Numbered from the stretch's first letter, positions 10,521 through 20,750 are shown. The stretch: 64,000 nucleotides of DNA from a bacterium (GCA_963675755.2 CAXXMD010000003.1:352001-416000); one strand, 5' to 3'. A program made the numbers and translations. Notes: generated by a model not told the origin, from the sequence alone.

Positions 10521-11158
10521 GTATTCGCCAAAGGCGAATGTATCGAAGGCCCGATACAAAACGATCACGTCTAATCGTAACACAGATATCTGTATTACGG
10601 AACATTATTTAGGGACATTTGTTCCGAAAAAACCAATTCCCCAACATGATCGTGACACAGATGTCTGTGTCACGGAACTTTCTTTCGGGATATTTATCCC
10701 AAAAGGGTCTCCCCCCAAGTCCTAAAACAATCAACAAATCCCATCAGTTTTTCATCCGTGTGTCGATCCGTGGCTAACCATATTCCCATGACGGAGAACA
10801 CTGTCGTTTATCTCCGTCACAATCAAATTTGCATGCATCTTACCTCCCGGAGGTCAGACAAACCTCCGGGAGGTTAGTTCGTCGTCTGATCGCGTGATCG
10901 CGACACAGATGTCTGTGTCACGGAATATTACTTAGGGACATTTGTCCCGAAAATAAGCCCCCAATTCTAGAAATGATCCATTGAATCCATCCGTCCCGAT
11001 CCGTGGCTAAATCTTTCCCCATGACGGAGAACACTGTCGCTTAACTCCGTCACGATCAAATTTGTATTCAGTGATCAGAAAAAATCGACGCCTACACCCT
11101 GATCGTGACACAGATGTCTGTGTCACGGAATATTACTTTGGGACATTTATCCCAAAAA
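10516..11158. repeat. Mosaic cluster of palindromic REP-like repeats (unit A x4, hairpin B x2, palindrome C x1, ATCCGTG tracts)
   Basis: Unit A (GATCGTGACACAGATGTCTGTGTCACGGAA-N9-GGGACATTTGTCCC) at 10573, 10648, 10896, 11101; B (TGACGGAGA..TCTCCGTCA) at 10789, 11022; C (ACCTCCCGGAGGT-N7-ACCTCCGGGAGGT) at 10842. Confidence 0.9.
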
Positions 11159-11317
11159 CTTTTCACTCTCTTAAACCAATAACAACTCACATCTGTAACG
11201 AATCATATTTTTCAGTATAAAAAACAATCATCCTCCAATATAAATCAAGAAATCATATTTCACTTTGACATTTAAAAAACTATTAATATTTTATTATATA
11301 TAAACGAGGGGATTATT

Positions 11318-12373
11318 ATGTTTAAATTCAATTCTTATATTGCATTACTTTTATTTGTTATGCTGTTGTCCTGCGGCAAAAACTCGACAGAACCCAATAA
11401 CGATACAAAAGATACCGATGAACCGGTTTTCCTGCCTCAAAATGGAACATGGCAAACAATCCAGTCACCTACAAGTAAAGATCTGCAAAATATAGTATTC
11501 TCAAGCTCACAGGTGGGTTGGGCAAACTCGCTTGGAACAGTAATAAAAACAACCGATGGGGGTGCAAGCTGGCAAACAATTAAAGAAATAACGACGCCTC
11601 CTTATTTAAATTCAATTCAATTCTTAAATGACCAGATTGGCTGGGTAGGTACAAGTGACAGCCTGATACTCAAAACAACTGACGGGGGAACAACCTGGAC
11701 TACAATTTCAGTCCCGGAACGAGGCTGTCAAATAGTAACCTTTATAAATAAAAATGTGGGATGGGTTGGCGGATGGGGTTCAGGAATATTAAAAACTGAG
11801 GACGCAGGTACGACATGGACAAAACAGCTGGATATTGGAGAATGGGAACGTATTCAGGATATTTTTTTCATTGATGAACTGAATGGATGGGCGACTTGTT
11901 TATATTACTGGTATGGTACAGGTCCGGAGCCTGAAGTTACAATAACAGACGGGTATGTATTTAAAACCACCGATGGCGGGCAAAACTGGATCAAAATTGA
12001 ATTAAACAATGATCCATTTGCTATTTCATCAATACATTTTTTTGACAATAACGCTGGTATTCTCAATGCAAATGGTATCAAAAAATCGAGTGATAGCGGC
12101 CTGTCATGGCACGACACAAACAGCATTCAATCGTCCGATGCGGTCTTTTTTATAGATAATCAATATGGCTGGATATCAGGCTATGATACAAATTCCAATG
12201 TTTTCACAATTGGTGTTACCACAAATGGCGGAGAGACGTGGGAATACATGAACGATGTCATTCAGGATGTAAGTCACAAAATAAATTCAATATTCTTTCA
12301 TGACAGCACCAATGGTTGGGCTGTAGGTAATACCGGCACAATATTAAAATACATTCCACCGGTAAACAACTAG
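11318..12373 (+). CDS. Lipoprotein with BNR/Asp-box repeats (YCF48-related beta-propeller)
   Basis: Lipobox LLSC; repeated F..GW..G....KT.DGG.TW units. Confidence 0.85.
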   Translation: MFKFNSYIALLLFVMLLSCGKNSTEPNNDTKDTDEPVFLPQNGTWQTIQSPTSKDLQNIVFSSSQVGWANSLGTVIKTTDGGASWQTIKEITTPPYLNSIQFLNDQIGWVGTSDSLILKTTDGGTTWTTISVPERGCQIVTFINKNVGWVGGWGSGILKTEDAGTTWTKQLDIGEWERIQDIFFIDELNGWATCLYYWYGTGPEPEVTITDGYVFKTTDGGQNWIKIELNNDPFAISSIHFFDNNAGILNANGIKKSSDSGLSWHDTNSIQSSDAVFFIDNQYGWISGYDTNSNVFTIGVTTNGGETWEYMNDVIQDVSHKINSIFFHDSTNGWAVGNTGTILKYIPPVNN

Positions 12374-12394
12374 CAAAACCAGTTATTCACTATT

Positions 12395-12421
12395 TTCACG
12401 GTATTAGTTTGCCGTGAATTT
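12395..12421 (+). terminator. Possible terminator after the BNR lipoprotein gene
   Basis: TTCACGG-N10-CCGTGAA inverted repeat followed by T residues. Confidence 0.4.
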
Positions 12422-12568
12422 CAAGAGGGTTACTTGTTCGCGAAACAGATATTTCGGTAAACACTAAAGTGTGATCTACATATTTATTCGTTTTTTGTAG
12501 AATGAAATTCATTTTGTTTGTACGCCACAGGCGTACCTGGAGTCAATCATATAAAAGCTACTAACCAT

Positions 12569-12866
12569 GATAGTGACACAGATGTCTGTGTCTCGGAATA
12601 TTACTTAGGGACATTTGTCCCGAAAACAAGCTCCAATTCCAGAAATAATCCATTGAATCCATCTGTGTTTCATCCGCGTAAACCCCATGATCGTGACACA
12701 GATGTCTGTGTCACGGAACATTATCCAGGGACATTTGTCCCAAAACAAAATCCCAATTCCAGAAATGTTCCATTGAACCCATCCGTGTTTCATCCGTGTC
12801 GATCTGTGGCTATATCTTTTCCCGTGCCAGAGAACTCTTCGTTTATCTCCGCCACACTCAAAATCT
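12569..12866. repeat. Second cluster of the same composite repeat (unit A x2, 120 bp apart, plus ATCCGTG tract and degenerate hairpin B)
   Basis: Unit A at 12569 and 12689, each followed by CCAATTCCAGAAAT..CCATTGAA..CATC.GTGTTTCATCCG as after the 10896 copy; B-like hairpin at 12824-12855. Confidence 0.9.
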
Positions 12867-12869
12867 TTA

Positions 12870-12945
12870 CTGATTACTGACAACTGATGGCTGATAACTG
12901 TTTCCCCATCACTACCTTTGCCATATCCAACGGCCAGTTGTCAGT
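12870..12945. repeat. Degenerate heptamer tandem repeat (CTGATAA-like) with an inverted partial copy
   Basis: CTGATTA-CTGACAA-CTGATGG-CTGATAA-CTG at 12870-12900; CAGTTGTCAGT at 12935-12945. Confidence 0.6.
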
Positions 12946-12975
12946 AAAGGCCCGGAGCAGAACGCTCACACTATC

Positions 12976-13755
12976 CTACGGCAAATCCCCAAAACCGTAA
13001 AACTTCAACCCGATCTCTTCAGCATATTTCAAAATTGCCTCCAATGCATCGGGTGTTATATAATTTTTCGGTCCCTCGGTATGGTTCTCGCGTATATCAT
13101 GCGCGTACAAGACCAGTATCTCATTGTTCTGTTTAGCCCTGTCCATAGCCGCAAAAGTCTGTTTCAAAATATCATCATCGAGCGAATGCGGATGACAACT
13201 CGCTCCCAACAAGGTCATTTTAGCATACACATTGGCAATGGGAGTAAATAAAAGCGAATTGTCTTTCATCTCTACACCGGATTGTGAACCACCCCCGCGC
13301 ATATAATCAAAATACGCAAACAAGGCCGTGTCCGTTACCGTGTTCCGATTGGAATTGGGATACGCAAAACACATGGGCTCAAATCCATGCTGTTTCATAG
13401 CATCCAGAGCAGGCACTATCTCTTGCGCCAGATATTCCTCCATCGAATGTTCCACTATAAATTCTGCGGCTTTCCGGTGCCGTAGACTATGACATCCAAT
13501 GGTATGTCCTTTTTTACGCAAATGTTTTAATGCCTCAATCTGTTCCGGTGTTATTGTGTCGAACCGGTCCACAAAAAACGTACATCTCGCTCCATATTGT
13601 TCAAACAACGGAATGTGCTTTTCCCAATTGATCATATTCCGATCATCAAAGGTCATCAACACTCCGGGAGCAGACAATTCAGCTGCGTTGATTCTTATTA
13701 TCATTAAAAACAGTAAACCAGAAACGAACAAAAGAAATTTATTTATTTTTATCAT
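12976..13755 (-). CDS. Secreted polysaccharide deacetylase family protein (CE4/NodB-like)
   Basis: Signal peptide; TFDD, HSLRH, FAYPN, LYAHD motifs. Confidence 0.8.
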   Translation of the reverse strand: MIKINKFLLFVSGLLFLMIIRINAAELSAPGVLMTFDDRNMINWEKHIPLFEQYGARCTFFVDRFDTITPEQIEALKHLRKKGHTIGCHSLRHRKAAEFIVEHSMEEYLAQEIVPALDAMKQHGFEPMCFAYPNSNRNTVTDTALFAYFDYMRGGGSQSGVEMKDNSLLFTPIANVYAKMTLLGASCHPHSLDDDILKQTFAAMDRAKQNNEILVLYAHDIRENHTEGPKNYITPDALEAILKYAEEIGLKFYGFGDLP

Positions 13756-13818
13756 TCAAAATCCAATATATTAAAGTCTTTTTATAAACTACTTACAACT
13801 GACCACTCAAAACCTTTA

Positions 13819-14700
13819 TTATTTCCTTACCACTACCTTTTCCATCCCAGCCTGCCACCAGTCATCCAATGCCGGATTGCGCAGGCTCCGAATCGCGTTG
13901 CCTCCTGTTGCCTTGTTCATCTCCAGAACTGCAGATATTGTCTCTTCCGTAAACATGCCCGCCTCCACGATGATATTCCCATCCGGCCGGATTATTCGAC
14001 TCTGTCCGTGCGACATCATGGCAGGACTGTTTGCCTGCACAATATAGACATTGTTCTCAACCGCGCGTGCGCAGATTTGATAACGATACGGCTCGAGCTT
14101 GCTCTCTGCCTTGACATCAGATTCACTCGAGATATAAAACACAAGCCGCGCGCCCGCCAATACCGGCAAACGAACCAGCTCGGGATAGCGCTCATCATGA
14201 CAAATAATAATAGAACAGGGTATTCTATCAATATAAAATACAGACATGACCTCGCCGGCAGCGGCCCAGTCGTCTCCGCCTACCAATTGTATTTTGGCAT
14301 AACGTTCTATGATTTTGCCATCAGGATTAAAAACTACTGCGGTGTTATAACGCACACCGTTAGAATCAAAAGGAGTACCCACAACTGCATAAATATTATT
14401 TACATCACAGGCTTTTGCAATGTCATCCTCGGCACGCAAAAGCTGTTCAGCTGTTGCACTGTTGATCACCTCTTTATCGTATCCTGTAATCACACACTCT
14501 TCAAAAACCACAACACGAACACCCTGTTCAGCACAGGCTGCAATCTTTTCTACAATGGCTTTTGTGTTTTCAATTACCGAACCCCGTGTTTGTATTTGTA
14601 CTGCTGCCACGTGCAGCAACGGTCCCTCTGTATTAGCAAAGGAACATGACAGCAAAAGTAAAACCATACAGGCTGAAATAAAAAATCTGTTATTCATCAT
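13819..14700 (-). CDS. Secreted carbon-nitrogen hydrolase (nitrilase/amidase superfamily)
   Basis: Signal peptide; VAAVQ, E-K-C triad contexts VFEE, YAKIQL, IICHD; ARAVEN; GQSRII.PDG. Confidence 0.85.
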   Translation of the reverse strand: MMNNRFFISACMVLLLLSCSFANTEGPLLHVAAVQIQTRGSVIENTKAIVEKIAACAEQGVRVVVFEECVITGYDKEVINSATAEQLLRAEDDIAKACDVNNIYAVVGTPFDSNGVRYNTAVVFNPDGKIIERYAKIQLVGGDDWAAAGEVMSVFYIDRIPCSIIICHDERYPELVRLPVLAGARLVFYISSESDVKAESKLEPYRYQICARAVENNVYIVQANSPAMMSHGQSRIIRPDGNIIVEAGMFTEETISAVLEMNKATGGNAIRSLRNPALDDWWQAGMEKVVVRK

Positions 14701-14816
14701 CCGGGTCCTTTATAAAAGAATTAAATAATGATAACAGATTCTTTATTAAATAGCAAGAGGATTTATAATGCCTTATCCCATCTATCATTACTCAGGATGC
14801 ATCCCCCCTATTCCAT

Positions 14817-14837
14817 CTGACTACTGATAACTGACTA
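14817..14837. repeat. Heptamer tandem repeat CTGACTA-CTGATAA-CTGACTA
   Basis: Same motif family as 12870 and 26471; abuts the TolC stop codon. Confidence 0.5.
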
Positions 14838-16340
14838 CTACTTGTAATCAATCCCCCGTCTTTCCAGCAAGGTACCTTCCATCTGGTACAGGTTGACCAG
14901 AGCATTGAGATAATCCACCATAGCTCTGGCTTCATCCAGTTGACTGGAGGTATATTCACGCTGTGCCTGTAAAACCAAATAGTTTGTGGATTTTCCCACG
15001 CGAAACTTTTCCAGTTCCGCGTCCAGCTTGCTGGCCTGCAACTCGCGCGTAATAATAGTGGCGCTTATCTGCTGACGCGCGCGTTCCACCTCAACAAACG
15101 CGCCGCGGACATCCCACTCGACGAGTTGTTTCATATTATCAAGAGAAATTTCCATTTGTTCATGCGACCACTTGGCCCGGGCTAAGCGCGCGCGTGCCTG
15201 ACGATTGGGAACCGGAAATTCAAAATTCACACCCATATTTACATCGTAATAAGGACTGCGAATCTTGGGCATACTCTGCTCAAAAGATTCTGCATAAGTA
15301 GAGCGGCCCAGGGAAATAAAGAAATCCAGTCTGGGCAGCAAGCCGTTTTTTGTACGGGTAATATCCAGCTCGCCCTGCTGCAGCTCGTATTTGGCCTGGC
15401 GAAGATCTGACCGAAATTCCAATCCCGCTTCTACATGCAGCTCTACAGCATCCAGCGTATCTACCGGAATAAAAGGACGGTCAGTGGGTCGGGGAACTAA
15501 ACTCCAGGCATTCCGCGCAGAGGGATTCAAGAGATAAAGAAACTGCAATCTTGCCTGTTCATAATTACTTTGCGCGTCTATCAATGCAGATTTACGGGTA
15601 GAAACTTCCGCATGCACGGCTGCAAGCTCCAATTCCGGCAAACGACCTACTGTTACTCGCTCAATGGATTCCTGCAACTGTTTCTCTGCCAATTCAAGGG
15701 ATTGGTGTTGTATATCGATTGCCTGTTTGGCAAGATATAAACTCCAATAGGCGTTCTCAACACTGGCAACGGTTTCTTCTGCAACAGCTTTAAATTCTGC
15801 ATCCGATATATCCACATCCAAACGTGCACGTCGTAGATCTGCCATGTTCACACCCAGCCCGAATCCACGTAAAATCGCCTGAGTAACGGTTATATTCATA
15901 TTACCGGTATATTGATCGGTATATATATTGGAAATTGAACTGTTTAGCGTATAGTTGGCAGAAACATTTGTACCGGTTGGTAAGTTCTGGGACAAAGTCG
16001 CTTCATAAGAGGATCGTTCTGACAACAATTCATAAGCCGTTCGCTGTGCACCCAAAAATCGCTGTGTTTTGCTTTCTGTCCGGGTGCCACCGGCAGACAA
16101 TACAGGATCATAAGTAGATTTTTCCTGCATAACAAAAGTCTCTGCAATTAGCGGATCTAAACGCTGAATTCGAATGGAGGGATTGTTATCCAACGCAATA
16201 GTTATTGCCTTTCTCAGGTCAAGAAACAAGGTGTCATCCTGAATGGTAACCTTTTCGTTTGTTTCCTGTGACCAGGTTATTCCGGCAAGCAAGACCAATA
16301 AAATTGTATTAATATATATATTGTTCATCTTTTTCATCAC
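14838..16340 (-). CDS. TolC family outer membrane efflux protein
   Basis: Signal peptide; AL.NNP, AYW.L, LLPRLD, G.ST...VL.AQ OEP pattern; last gene of the RND operon. Confidence 0.88.
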   Translation of the reverse strand: MMKKMNNIYINTILLVLLAGITWSQETNEKVTIQDDTLFLDLRKAITIALDNNPSIRIQRLDPLIAETFVMQEKSTYDPVLSAGGTRTESKTQRFLGAQRTAYELLSERSSYEATLSQNLPTGTNVSANYTLNSSISNIYTDQYTGNMNITVTQAILRGFGLGVNMADLRRARLDVDISDAEFKAVAEETVASVENAYWSLYLAKQAIDIQHQSLELAEKQLQESIERVTVGRLPELELAAVHAEVSTRKSALIDAQSNYEQARLQFLYLLNPSARNAWSLVPRPTDRPFIPVDTLDAVELHVEAGLEFRSDLRQAKYELQQGELDITRTKNGLLPRLDFFISLGRSTYAESFEQSMPKIRSPYYDVNMGVNFEFPVPNRQARARLARAKWSHEQMEISLDNMKQLVEWDVRGAFVEVERARQQISATIITRELQASKLDAELEKFRVGKSTNYLVLQAQREYTSSQLDEARAMVDYLNALVNLYQMEGTLLERRGIDYK

Positions 16341-19300
16341 GAATGTCTGGTCCTTTCTTTTTCGAATATTGAATACACCACAGGGATCAGCACCAATGTG
16401 ATCAGAGTAGAGCTCAACAATCCGCCAATTACCACTCGGGCCAGAGGCGCCTGGGCTTCACCACCTTCTCCCAAACCAAAAGAAAGGGGAAGCAAGCCTA
16501 ATGCAGTTGTCAGAGTTGTCATGATAATAGGACGTAAACGTCTTGCACCGGCGGTTTTAATTGCTTCCAAAAGAGGTACGCCATGCTTGTCCCGCAATTG
16601 GTTGGTATAATCCACCAAAAGAATGGCATTGTTCACCACAATTCCGGCAAGCATAATACACCCAATAAATGCCTGCATGGTAAACATGGTGCCGGTCAAA
16701 ATCATGGTCAAGACCACACCAATCAATGCCATGGGGATGGAAAACAATACAATAAATGGATCTCGAAATGATTCAAACTGTCCCGCCATAACCAGGTATA
16801 CCAGAAAAATAGCCAGGATCAAGCCAAACATAAGCTCACGATACGAACGCTGCTGCTCTTCATAATCACTGCCAAATACCACAGCAAAATCTCGGGGAAC
16901 CGGAATTTTCTGCAACTCTTTACGTATATCCGCAACAACAGATCCCATATCACGCTCGGCAATATTGGCATCAATAGAGATAATGCGCTCCTGGTCTTTA
17001 CGCTCAATTCGGGCCGGACCTTCTTTTGCTTCGGTACTGATAACATTTCGCAAAATAACCGGTTCGCCCCGGTTATTGTTCACGGTAATATCCATCAGTC
17101 CTTCCATATCCTGACGACCTTCACGATTCAAACGGACCAAAATGCGGTATTCCTTACCACCTTCACGATAATAAGACGCATATGTACCGCCAATAACGGT
17201 TTCCAGTGCCTCACCAATTCGGGATACGGTCAAACCCAGATCTGCCGCTTTCTGACGATCAATGATTACCAGTTCTTCAGGACTTCCCTCTTCACGACTG
17301 ATACGGGTATCGGTAATACCGTTAACCCGCTGGACGGCCTCATTTACCTGCTGGGCCAGGGCCTGTGCGGTTTCCAGATTGTATCCACGTACTTCAACGG
17401 TTATACTTTCAGCATCTCCCGTTCCCATACGCAGCAAAAACAATCCCTGTCCTACACGGGTACGGATGGTTACACCGGGTATGCTGGTTAATTTTTTACG
17501 CAGGTCAATGGCAATATCATCACTACTGCGTGAACGCTCGGCTTTGGGTACCAGAGTTACTCTAACCTCGCCAGTATGCCCACCGGATGACCGCCTTCCA
17601 CCGCCGCCAACCATGGTCAATACAGATATTTTTTCAGGCACTTCACTATTTATTATTTCTTCAACCTGTCTTGTAATTTCATCCAATATTTCATAACGGG
17701 TGCCCACCTCCATTTCAAGATTCACACGCACTTCGCCTTCATCAGCAGCAGGCATCAGTTCAACACCTATGAACCTAATCATAAAAACAGACAGGATGAA
17801 CAATACGGCCATAGAGCCAACCACCCATTTTTTACGGTTAAGGGCTTTTTGTAAAAAGTCCGAATAAAATGTTTCAAAATCCTGAAACCATTTTTCGCTT
17901 CTATCATAAATCCGTTGTAACAACTTGTGTTCCCTGTCACCGGGTTTACGGAAACGTAAAAATCGGGATGACAGCATAGGAATAAGGGTCAATGCCACAA
18001 TCAAAGAACACAGTAGAGAAAAGCTAACCACATATGCCATCTGCTGGAACATGATACCGGACATGCCCCGAATAAAAATCACCGGAAAGAACACAACCAA
18101 TGTTGTCAATGTACTGGCAAGAATTGCCGACCACACCTCGGATGTTCCTGTTAAAGCGCTGTTTATGGGATCCATCCCCTCTTCCCTGTGCCGGTAAATA
18201 TTTTCCAGCACCACAATGGAATTGTCAACAAGCATACCTATACCCAGCGCAAGCCCGCCAAAGGTGATAATGTTTAGCGTAAAGTCCCCGAAATACATGA
18301 GCGCAAAGGTTGCCACCACAGAGATGGGTATTGCCGTTGCAATAATAGCCGTACTGGAAACATTGCGCAGGAACACAAACAGGATCAATATTGCCAAAAA
18401 ACCACCCACAAGTGTTGAATTACCCACATTGTTGATGGAGCGTTTAATATATACCGAAGTATCAATAAGGGGAACCAGCTCAATTTGGGGGATATCTCTA
18501 TTGATACGTTCCATTTCTTTTTTCAATTCTTCTGCAGCCTTGACCGTATTGGCGCCGGATTGCTTGTTTACGGATATCCGTAAACCCGCTTTGCCATTCA
18601 CACGATATAAACGTCGCACTTCTTCCCATGAATCTTCAATTTGTGCAACATCACGAATACGAATAGGGGTACCTTCACGGATCGTAATAACCGTATTGCG
18701 GATCTGGTCCAGGCTGGTAAATTCACCCTGGGTACGAATCAATACGTCCATTTTACCTTTTTCAAGCAAACCTGCCGGTATATTTCGGTTTTCATTACGA
18801 AGCGCGGTCAGAATATCGTTGGGTGATAATCCCAGCGATTTCAGCTTTTCCGCCTGCAAATCCACATGGATCTCTCGCATCAAACCGCCATAAATATTCA
18901 AAGCCGCTACACCCGGTACACGCTCTATACGATATTTCACCTGATCTTCAACAATCTGTCTTAAATCCAGAGGATTCAGATTGCTTGATACACCAAAGAT
19001 CATAATTGGAAACGCAGACAAGTCAAATTTGCGGATCTGGGGACGTTCAATATCATCGGGTAAACGTCCCATAACCCGGTCTACACGGTCACGGATATCA
19101 TTCGCGGCAACATCCAGATCGCTGCCCCAGGCAAAAGAGACACGTACGCGGCTGTTCCCCTCTGTTGAGGTAGAGGTTATTTCCTCCACTCCCTGAACAG
19201 CGGCAATAGCCTCTTCTATAGGTCGGGTTACCAGTTCTTCCATTTCCTGGGGTCCTATATTACCATAAGAAGTAGATACCGATATGGTAGGATAGGTTAT

Positions 19301-19417
19301 CTCGGGCATCAAATCAATGGAAAGACGGGTAAATGAAACCATACCAATGGTTATTACAATAATAAATATAATTGAAGTCAAAATGGGTCGTTGTACCGGC
19401 CCTTGAGCGATATGCAT
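16337..19417 (-). CDS. RND efflux transporter permease (AcrB/AcrD/AcrF family)
   Basis: 1026 aa; GMLVDNSIVVLENI, GIVVNNAILLVD, RLRPIIMTT, VIGGL. Confidence 0.95.
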   Translation of the reverse strand: MHIAQGPVQRPILTSIIFIIVITIGMVSFTRLSIDLMPEITYPTISVSTSYGNIGPQEMEELVTRPIEEAIAAVQGVEEITSTSTEGNSRVRVSFAWGSDLDVAANDIRDRVDRVMGRLPDDIERPQIRKFDLSAFPIMIFGVSSNLNPLDLRQIVEDQVKYRIERVPGVAALNIYGGLMREIHVDLQAEKLKSLGLSPNDILTALRNENRNIPAGLLEKGKMDVLIRTQGEFTSLDQIRNTVITIREGTPIRIRDVAQIEDSWEEVRRLYRVNGKAGLRISVNKQSGANTVKAAEELKKEMERINRDIPQIELVPLIDTSVYIKRSINNVGNSTLVGGFLAILILFVFLRNVSSTAIIATAIPISVVATFALMYFGDFTLNIITFGGLALGIGMLVDNSIVVLENIYRHREEGMDPINSALTGTSEVWSAILASTLTTLVVFFPVIFIRGMSGIMFQQMAYVVSFSLLCSLIVALTLIPMLSSRFLRFRKPGDREHKLLQRIYDRSEKWFQDFETFYSDFLQKALNRKKWVVGSMAVLFILSVFMIRFIGVELMPAADEGEVRVNLEMEVGTRYEILDEITRQVEEIINSEVPEKISVLTMVGGGGRRSSGGHTGEVRVTLVPKAERSRSSDDIAIDLRKKLTSIPGVTIRTRVGQGLFLLRMGTGDAESITVEVRGYNLETAQALAQQVNEAVQRVNGITDTRISREEGSPEELVIIDRQKAADLGLTVSRIGEALETVIGGTYASYYREGGKEYRILVRLNREGRQDMEGLMDITVNNNRGEPVILRNVISTEAKEGPARIERKDQERIISIDANIAERDMGSVVADIRKELQKIPVPRDFAVVFGSDYEEQQRSYRELMFGLILAIFLVYLVMAGQFESFRDPFIVLFSIPMALIGVVLTMILTGTMFTMQAFIGCIMLAGIVVNNAILLVDYTNQLRDKHGVPLLEAIKTAGARRLRPIIMTTLTTALGLLPLSFGLGEGGEAQAPLARVVIGGLLSSTLITLVLIPVVYSIFEKERTRHS

Positions 19418-19454
19418 AATCAGAATCCTTTAAATAATGAATTCCTAATGTGGA

Positions 19455-20609
19455 TTATTGTTGTGAATCAATAACATTTACAGGACTTCCATCTTCCAAA
19501 AGGTGTTGTCCCAATACGACAACCAGCCCCTGCAGAGGAGGATCGACAATTTCTATAATATCTGTCTGAGAAATACCGGTAACAACCGGAACAAATTTCG
19601 CCTTGCTGGCCTCAACATCCACCAGGTACACACCGGTTTCTCCGTTATGATTCACCACCGCATCCCTTGGTACAGTGCAAACATTGTTTTTTTCAGCCAA
19701 TACAACCCGTACATGCGTAAACATACCCGGTTTTAAAATGAGTGAATCATTATCTACCTCTACTTCAAGCTGAGCCACACGAGACGTTTCCTGAAGCATG
19801 GGCGCAATACGTGTTACAATACCGGGAAAAAATCTGCCGGGATAGGCATCCACCTCAACCTGGGCTTCCTGGCCCTCTTTCATCAAAGCATAATCACGTT
19901 CAACAACGGAGGTTTGCACAATCACTTTTTTATAACCGATCACAGATACAATGGGTGAATTGGTTGCAATTAAACCACCTTCATCTACAAAGCGTTCTCC
20001 AATATAACCGGGTTCTGTAGCTTTAAGAATGGTATAACTCAACCGGATCTGTGCCGATTTTAGCGAAGCTTCACGCTGTTCAACCTGTGCGTTAGCAAGT
20101 TCAAGGCGTGAGCTTTGGGCCTCAAAGGTACTGGTAGTTGCATCCAATTCGGATGGTGATGCTATTCCCTTTTGCTGCAATGATTTTACACGGTCCAGTT
20201 CCTGACGGGCAAGTTCATACTGACTTTTGGCTTCTAAAAGCGATGCCTTGGCAATTCTTAAATTAGCTTCAGCTTCAATAACAGCCTGTTCATATTCAGC
20301 AGCATCCAGACTGGCAATAATCTCATCGCGGTCAACCCAGTCCCCAATCCGCTTGTGTATACGTAATATTCTACCCGAAACCTTGGGCGAAACCATATAT
20401 CGATACAAGGGATGGATACTTCCCGTAAACTGACGGGTTTGTTTAATGCCGGTATATTGTACGCTGTCCACCTGTACTGCAACAGGTGGACGTGCCTCCC
20501 GTTCTTCACCTTTGCCTCCGGTAAACAGAGTAACAATTCTCCAGCCCAGAAATACAATAAAGACAACTAGCAGCGGATAAAGGGTCTTTTTTTTCATGTC
20601 TTTTAGCAC
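19455..20609 (-). CDS. RND efflux periplasmic adaptor (MFP) subunit
   Basis: N-terminal anchor, VSPKVSGRI, coiled-coil hairpin, LKPGMF; upstream of the RND permease. Confidence 0.92.
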   Translation of the reverse strand: MLKDMKKKTLYPLLVVFIVFLGWRIVTLFTGGKGEEREARPPVAVQVDSVQYTGIKQTRQFTGSIHPLYRYMVSPKVSGRILRIHKRIGDWVDRDEIIASLDAAEYEQAVIEAEANLRIAKASLLEAKSQYELARQELDRVKSLQQKGIASPSELDATTSTFEAQSSRLELANAQVEQREASLKSAQIRLSYTILKATEPGYIGERFVDEGGLIATNSPIVSVIGYKKVIVQTSVVERDYALMKEGQEAQVEVDAYPGRFFPGIVTRIAPMLQETSRVAQLEVEVDNDSLILKPGMFTHVRVVLAEKNNVCTVPRDAVVNHNGETGVYLVDVEASKAKFVPVVTGISQTDIIEIVDPPLQGLVVVLGQHLLEDGSPVNVIDSQQ

Positions 20610-20750
20610 CTTTTTGATGATTGAGGAAATAAAAAATATTTTTTAACTAAAAAACCAAGTGTGAGAAAATATCGGTAGCAGAGATCAGTATTTAATTATA
20701 AACATACAGCATAACTTGAACACTATTATAAAGTTAGCAATACAGTATAT

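Noticed and set aside
10489-10725. 78-aa ORF
   Set aside because: It is a translation of the repeat units (HDRDTDVCVTE) and is likely non-coding.
11265-11297. sigma70 promoter for the BNR lipoprotein gene
   Set aside because: TTGACA is present but no good -10 hexamer lies at 17 bp spacing in this very AT-rich tract.
11318-12373. Photosystem II assembly factor Ycf48
   Set aside because: Only generic BNR propeller repeats are visible and there is no photosynthesis context.
10573-12866. CRISPR array
   Set aside because: Spacing is irregular (75, 248, 205, 120 bp), the intervening sequences are themselves repeated, copies are degenerate and no cas genes are present.
10573-12866. Integron attC cassette array
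   Set aside because: No integrase is present, the hairpins lack clear RYYYAAC/GTTRRRY ends, and several repeats occur without intervening genes.
12518-12883. 120-aa and 92-aa ORFs on opposite strands
   Set aside because: Both lie entirely in the palindromic repeat cluster and lack an RBS.
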